A DNA stretch of 64,000 bases, from the NCBI GenBank assembly GCA_041740355.1, contig JBGSMD010000063.1, positions 128,001-192,000 on the forward strand, read 5' to 3'. The position numbers and the translations under genes were made by a program. The first letter of the stretch is position 1, and each line of letters begins with the position of its first letter. This DNA comes from Bdellovibrionota bacterium. GTDB lineage: Bacteria; Bdellovibrionota_C; UBA2361; CALJRW01. The notes below the pieces were generated by a model, which worked only from the letters and a program-made list of their open reading frames with translations, did no database searches and had not been told where the DNA came from. Of the stretch, positions 58,871 to 64,000 are shown one piece after another.

Positions 58871-59953
58871 TTGTCTAAAAAATTAACGATTAAACATTTA
58901 CCATGGCAAGAAGTAGAAACTTCCAGTAAACCTTGTAGCCTCTATCAAGATTTACGTTGGTTAAAAATCATTCAAGACAGTTTCGGGCACAAAGCATCCG
59001 TCCTAACAGCTCTAGAGTCAGATTTACAACTTGCCTATCTTCCAATTGTTGAATTAAAAAACCCAATTTTTGGTAACAGTCTAATATCACTGCCCTTCCT
59101 TAATGGTGGTGGTGTGTTTTTCAATCAGGTTTCCTGGCTTGCCTCAAAAGATCCCGAAGATACCCTAACTAACTCAGTTATTCAGGAGGAGATCTTTCGA
59201 GCGATAAGTCGCAAGCTTAATAATTACGATTATTTTGAACTCCGAACAAATTCTAACGAGTTAAGTAATCACCCTGACTTTATCTGCCGGGATCATAAGG
59301 TTACTTTTGTTTTAGACCTGTTACCTAACTCTGAAGAACTCTTTGAGCAGTTTTCTAAAAAACTCCGCAGTCAAATTAAGCGTCCCGAAAAATCAGCAGC
59401 TAAATTTAGGATCCTACATGGAACTGAGATTAAACAAGCGGATCAAAAGAACTTTTACCAAGTAATTTCCAGACATTGGCGGGACTTGGGATCTCCAGTA
59501 TATCCTAAAAAGTTTTTCGATTTAGTTTTTTTGGAATTTCGTGATCAGATACTCCTAAGTTTTGTTGAAATTGAAAATAAAACTTGTAGTGTCGGGCTGA
59601 CAATCATCTTTGAGGATCAGGCGGAAATTTGCTGGGCGGCATCACTAAAAGAATTTAATTACGCTTCTCCCAATATGCTGCTTTACTGGGCAACAATTGA
59701 AAAACTATGCCAGCTGAAAATTAAAAAATTTGATTTTGGACGATGTACTAAAGATTCAGGAACTTACAATTTCAAAAAACAGTGGGGAGGAGAAGAGGTA
59801 CAACTTTATTGGTATTACCTAAAGTCAGCTAAGAAAATCCCAAATATTAGTGCTGACAATCCTAAATTCAAACTAGCAGTTAAAATTTGGAAGTTATTAC
59901 CTGTAAGCGTTGCAACTTTAATTGGAAATCGGATCAGTAAATTTTTCCCGTAA
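58871..59953 (+). CDS. FemAB-related GNAT-fold protein (PEP-CTERM EPS-associated type)
   Basis: FGNSLISLPFLN.GG, KKLRSQIKR, LGSPVYPKKFF, SPNMLLYW, FDFGR, FKKQWG, NPKF. Confidence 0.82.
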   Translation: MSKKLTIKHLPWQEVETSSKPCSLYQDLRWLKIIQDSFGHKASVLTALESDLQLAYLPIVELKNPIFGNSLISLPFLNGGGVFFNQVSWLASKDPEDTLTNSVIQEEIFRAISRKLNNYDYFELRTNSNELSNHPDFICRDHKVTFVLDLLPNSEELFEQFSKKLRSQIKRPEKSAAKFRILHGTEIKQADQKNFYQVISRHWRDLGSPVYPKKFFDLVFLEFRDQILLSFVEIENKTCSVGLTIIFEDQAEICWAASLKEFNYASPNMLLYWATIEKLCQLKIKKFDFGRCTKDSGTYNFKKQWGGEEVQLYWYYLKSAKKIPNISADNPKFKLAVKIWKLLPVSVATLIGNRISKFFP

Positions 59954-59963
59954 TCAACAAATT

Positions 59964-60473
59964 CTACTGAATATTTCTAGCGTAAACATCAGCCGCCTCA
60001 ACAGGTGGCAAAGTTTCTTCTTCTAAAATATCGATATTAGAACTTAATTTGTTAGTGAAATCACTATTAGTCAATTTTTTTTTTAAATCGAGCTCGCGAA
60101 TTTCAATCGATTTTAAAGTACTAGTTGTCATCTCTAATTCTTCTAATCTTTCGACAGGGGTTGGGAGTTTTTCTAGAACTGTTTTTAAAGCTGAGTCATA
60201 TGAACGGACGGTGTGAGTCAGGCCTTTATGTAAATCATAAAGACTTTCGTAAAGATCGCCAGCGATTTCTTTGTCTTTGATTAAACTCTTTCTTCGTTCT
60301 TCTAATAACTGATCAGCTGAAGTGTCCTTGTAAGAAAGTCTAGCAATAATCATTCCAAGTAATAAACCAGAAAGAGTAGCTATCGCGAAAATCTCAAAAG
60401 GGTGGATCATCATAAAATTGGAAAGAGTTTCAAGTTGAGACTTTAATCTACGCAATTTGTCGAGCGAATTCAA
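59964..60473 (-). CDS. Hypothetical single-TM coiled-coil protein
   Basis: 169 aa ORF filling the gap between genes, one hydrophobic helix; start uncertain. Confidence 0.55.
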   Translation of the reverse strand: MNSLDKLRRLKSQLETLSNFMMIHPFEIFAIATLSGLLLGMIIARLSYKDTSADQLLEERRKSLIKDKEIAGDLYESLYDLHKGLTHTVRSYDSALKTVLEKLPTPVERLEELEMTTSTLKSIEIRELDLKKKLTNSDFTNKLSSNIDILEEETLPPVEAADVYARNIQ

Positions 60474-60582
60474 GATTAATTTTGCTTCTGCCTAATAATT
60501 ATCAAGGAGAGCATGGCAAGATTTGTCTTATATTGCTTTCTTTTCCGGAGACTCCTCCGCCGACAAGTCAGCCTATCTCTCA

Positions 60583-60624
60583 GCCGACTTGTCCGCCGAA
60601 GCTTTAGCGAAGGTGGAAGCTTTA
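60583..60624 (-). repeat. Palindromic REP-like element A, inverted copy downstream of mrcA
   Basis: gccgacttgtccgccgaagctttagcgaaggtggaagcttta is the reverse complement of 4344-4385 with one mismatch. Confidence 0.85.
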
Positions 60625-60652
60625 ACTAAGATGTAAGCCTAGGGAAGCAGAA

Positions 60653-63100
60653 TTATTCTTCCAGATTCCAATAATTAGTCTCTTCCTCAGTTTCAGATTT
60701 AGCTTCCGTCTTCGTCCCCGGTAAATAGTACTCATGCACCGCACCAGGAGTCTTCTCTGTAACTACCTGCCCACTGTGTTTGCTAACCCAATAATCTTCT
60801 AGTCCAGGAGGCGGAATAAAATCGGCAATTTTTGTTTTAGGATTGGCTGTGGGATTTGCTTCAAAGTTCACACTTTTTGCTTGTTCCAGTTCTTGCGCGG
60901 AAATGCCATCACGAGCTTCTAAAAATGTTTTCATGAAATTTAACCAGATCGGAACTGCCGAAGACCCCCCGGTCTCACGAGCTCCAATAATTCGTTTGAC
61001 ATCAAATCCCACCCAAACACCACAGGCGAACTCAGGTGTAAAACCAACAAACCAAGTATCCATATTTTTATTTGAAGTTCCTGTTTTGCCTGCCGCTGGA
61101 CGCTTCAACTCTTTGACTTTCCAACCAGTTCCACTTTCCACAACACCACGCATCATGTTGGCCATAATAAAGGCAACTTTTTCGTCAATTACTTGGCGGA
61201 AGTTTTGATCAGTATTGTCATCATGATTATAAACAATCGTACCATCACGATCCACGATCTTCTTAACAAAGACGCTATCAAATAAAAATCCACCGGCAGG
61301 AAAAACTCCATAGGCACGAGTGAGTTCTAGTGGAGTTACTTCACTACTACCCAAAGACAAGGATAAGTTTTGTCCCATCGGACTTGTGATTCCCATGGAC
61401 TTGGCATAACGAATAACAGGGTCAATACCAATGCGCGACATAATATCAGCCGACACTAGGTTACGAGATTTCTCCAGAGCAACTCGCAAGGTGATTGCTC
61501 CCATGTAAGTTTTATCAAAATTAGCCGGCTGCCAAACTTGAGTACCGACACGGAAAACTCGCGGTTCGTCATAAACAAAAGTTGAGGGAGTATAATTAAA
61601 TCCATCAACTGCGGCTAAGTAGACAATCGGTTTAAAAGCAGATCCTGGCTGACGAAGTGCTTGTGTAGCACGGTTAAAAACACTTTGCTCAAAATCATAT
61701 CCACCAACTGTGGCCAAAACATCACCATTATGCGGATTAAGGAAAACTAAAGCAGCCTCCACTTTTGGAGTTTGATCTAATTGTAAAGAATTATCGGGAA
61801 TAGCAACTTTATCTGCCACACCCACCTCTGGTAATAACTTATCAAGGTTAGCGGTAGTTTTTTGCGAGACTTCAATCACATCCCCAACTCTAAGATGTTT
61901 ATTTAAAACCACCCAAGTAGATCGGTCATCCTTATTAAGTAATTTTTTAGCCCAGGCGCTTTCTTTTAAATTAATACTACCAACAAAGTTTCCTAAATCA
62001 ACCTTAACAACTTCGCCTTCAATTTTTCTAATTAAGGCTGGGTAAGTCATGTCGGGGGCAATTGTTTGAGTAAATTTTTCAGCATACTTAGCTTTAAATT
62101 TTTCCTCTTCTGTTCCCAGATCAAAACGATCTAGTGGCCCCATCCAGCCACGACGCTTATCAACTTCACGGAGTCCATTCCTTACAGCCGTGCGGGCATA
62201 ATCTTGTGCTTGTAAATTAACAGCCGTGTATACTTTTAAACCATCTCGCTTTAGATCGTATTGCGGCCATTTCTCTGGAAAGAGTCGCAGTACTTCCGTT
62301 ACATAGTAATTTGCTTGACGAATTTTTCCGGCACGATTTAATTTAACTTCAATCGGGTAATCAACAGCTTCCTGATATTCCTTTTGATTTAAAAAGTTAT
62401 GCTTTAACATTTGCTCAAGCACATAAGTTTGGCGTTTCTTAGCTAAGTCAAAATTACTAACTGGAGAATAACGAGAAGGAGCTTGGGGTAATCCGGCAAG
62501 AATTGCCGCTTCTGCTACATGTAAATCCTTCGCTGTCTTTTGAAAGTAGACTTGAGAAGCTGCTTCTAAGCCGTATGCAGTATTACCAAAGAAAATTTGA
62601 TTTAAATACAACTCTAAAATCTGGTTTTTAGTTAAACTATTTTCAATTTCAAAAGCAAGAATTGCTTCTTTAATCTTACGTTCTAACTTCTTCTCATTTG
62701 ATAGTAGTAAATTTTTAACAACCTGTTGAGTAATAGTAGATCCACCTTGCTTTACCGAACCTTCCTGAATATTTTTAATTAAGGCACGCAAAATACTCAT
62801 CAAGTCAATTCCAGGATGAGTGTAAAAAGCAGCATCTTCGGCCGCCAAGAAAGCATTGATTACACTTTTTGGTACATCTTCTATGTTTACAGGATAACGA
62901 CGATCTTCATACTCTTCGGCAATCAGCACACCTTCCGAATCATAAATCATGGAAGCCGCATCGGGCTCGTAACTATTTAGTCCTTCAAACTTTGGTAAGT
63001 CTCTTGAATAATAGTTATACCCCCAATAAGCAACCCCAGCACCAAGAGCTGCTCCACCAATGATCAAAAGGAATAAGAAGATTAATAATTTTTTAAACAT
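60653..63100 (-). CDS. mrcA: Penicillin-binding protein 1A
   Basis: GT51 motifs AEDAAFY.H.G, GGSTITQQ, RKIKE, YLNQI; transpeptidase SAFK, SRN, KTG. Confidence 0.93.
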   Translation of the reverse strand: MFKKLLIFLFLLIIGGAALGAGVAYWGYNYYSRDLPKFEGLNSYEPDAASMIYDSEGVLIAEEYEDRRYPVNIEDVPKSVINAFLAAEDAAFYTHPGIDLMSILRALIKNIQEGSVKQGGSTITQQVVKNLLLSNEKKLERKIKEAILAFEIENSLTKNQILELYLNQIFFGNTAYGLEAASQVYFQKTAKDLHVAEAAILAGLPQAPSRYSPVSNFDLAKKRQTYVLEQMLKHNFLNQKEYQEAVDYPIEVKLNRAGKIRQANYYVTEVLRLFPEKWPQYDLKRDGLKVYTAVNLQAQDYARTAVRNGLREVDKRRGWMGPLDRFDLGTEEEKFKAKYAEKFTQTIAPDMTYPALIRKIEGEVVKVDLGNFVGSINLKESAWAKKLLNKDDRSTWVVLNKHLRVGDVIEVSQKTTANLDKLLPEVGVADKVAIPDNSLQLDQTPKVEAALVFLNPHNGDVLATVGGYDFEQSVFNRATQALRQPGSAFKPIVYLAAVDGFNYTPSTFVYDEPRVFRVGTQVWQPANFDKTYMGAITLRVALEKSRNLVSADIMSRIGIDPVIRYAKSMGITSPMGQNLSLSLGSSEVTPLELTRAYGVFPAGGFLFDSVFVKKIVDRDGTIVYNHDDNTDQNFRQVIDEKVAFIMANMMRGVVESGTGWKVKELKRPAAGKTGTSNKNMDTWFVGFTPEFACGVWVGFDVKRIIGARETGGSSAVPIWLNFMKTFLEARDGISAQELEQAKSVNFEANPTANPKTKIADFIPPPGLEDYWVSKHSGQVVTEKTPGAVHEYYLPGTKTEAKSETEEETNYWNLEE

Positions 63101-63205
63101 AGGAACTAATTTATTTCTAACAATATTATGACTGTAATTCTCAAATAAGCTAAAGCTTTTTATTTACAAGCATCTTTAATTTGAGATCCTGCAAATCCTA
63201 AACAG

Positions 63206-64000
63206 TTATGTGTTCTTTCGACGATAGCTAATACTTAACAACAAGATTAACAAAATCTCTGGGATAATCAGTGCCAGTAAAAAAACTTTTTGGTAATCAG
63301 ATTTTCCGATTGGCATCATGCTTGTTGATTCTAAAAATCGTGTTGTGATTTCTAAATCTTCTTGCTCTCCAACTAACCAGTTAACTGTTCTGATAAACAG
63401 CTCTTTATTAGCATAAATATCAAGATTTGCATTAACTAACCACTCCAAGTCAGAAAAGACTACTATCCGTTGATCTTTTTGTTTCTCCTCTAGGGAGACT
63501 TGTCCTTCATAAGCCATAGCAAGAGCAACGGGGCCTAAATAATCCTTTTTAGGGTCCAACACAGCTTTTGGTTCTTCTGAGTTCAAAATTTCTAAATCAG
63601 TTTCTCCCCAGGCACTTCCGGAAGTCTTTAACAGTGTTGTAACCTTGCCATTGCTTTGCTCTGTTTCGTTTAAAATCGAGGCAATTAAAAAGACTGCGGC
63701 CTTACGTTCTTTAAGTTGAACTGTTACTGGATGTTCTGCGAAATCATTTACCACAATCTGCCAACCAACTTCTGGTGCATCCTGAAGTACGCGTTGTTGA
63801 TCAATAGCTATGGCATTTTCAATCTTAATTCCATAGGGAGTAGTCAAAGTATTAAAGTCAATTGCATTCTCGGGATCATCTAATAATAACAAGTTGCCAC
63901 CTTCGGCTAAATAATTCTGGATCATTTCCAGTTCATTGGGCAGATAGTCCTTTGTTCCTGAAGCTAGAATAACGGCTCTGGCATCAGCAGGAATTTTCTT
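63206..64000 (-). CDS. GldG-like ABC-transporter auxiliary protein, 3' part (5' end outside window)
   Basis: Frame stays open past 63925 to the window edge (KKIPADARAVILASG..DYLPNE); YL..GG.LL...DP, HPVT, SAWGETD, GPV, N.ELF...VNWL, C-terminal TM. Confidence 0.7.
   Translation of the reverse strand, partial: KKIPADARAVILASGTKDYLPNELEMIQNYLAEGGNLLLLDDPENAIDFNTLTTPYGIKIENAIAIDQQRVLQDAPEVGWQIVVNDFAEHPVTVQLKERKAAVFLIASILNETEQSNGKVTTLLKTSGSAWGETDLEILNSEEPKAVLDPKKDYLGPVALAMAYEGQVSLEEKQKDQRIVVFSDLEWLVNANLDIYANKELFIRTVNWLVGEQEDLEITTRFLESTSMMPIGKSDYQKVFLLALIIPEILLILLLSISYRRKNT

Noticed and set aside
60514-60528. Further copy of the GACAA-N3-TTGTC motif (tggcaagatttgtct)
   Set aside because: Single site with two mismatches in AT-rich DNA; not distinguishable from chance

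Overview
AT-rich bacterial chromosome segment. Gene content and order (pilB-pilC-pilS/R-pilA, pilMNO, an RpoH-like sigma factor) resemble Deltaproteobacteria/Bdellovibrionota-like organisms; this assignment is inference. It has three parts. (1) 0.9-16.4 kb is a type IVa pilus region. Two TMTC-like GT-C glycosyltransferases lie next to pilA, which has a sigma54 promoter with upstream palindromic sites. The regulator is a single protein: a PilS-like membrane/PAS sensor fused directly to a PilR-like sigma54 activator, with no histidine kinase or receiver domain. (2) 17-21.4 kb holds housekeeping genes (priA, a cyclophilin, an RluA-methyltransferase fusion). (3) 21.4-60 kb is a large exopolysaccharide/surface-glycan locus of the PEP-CTERM/exosortase-associated type (Wza, Wzz/Wzc, FemAB-like protein, O-antigen ligase, many glycosyltransferases, acyl- and methyltransferases). 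Scattered through it is a full lasso-peptide-type enzyme set (PqqD/RRE, B2 protease, Asn-synthetase-like cyclase, HprK-like kinase, nucleotidyltransferase, ABC exporter) with no obvious precursor, plus an orphan Flp pilin. The window ends with mrcA and a partial GldG-like gene. There are two families of dispersed intergenic repeats. No rRNA, tRNA, CRISPR array or transposase was seen. All calls come from motif recognition by eye; no database searches were run.
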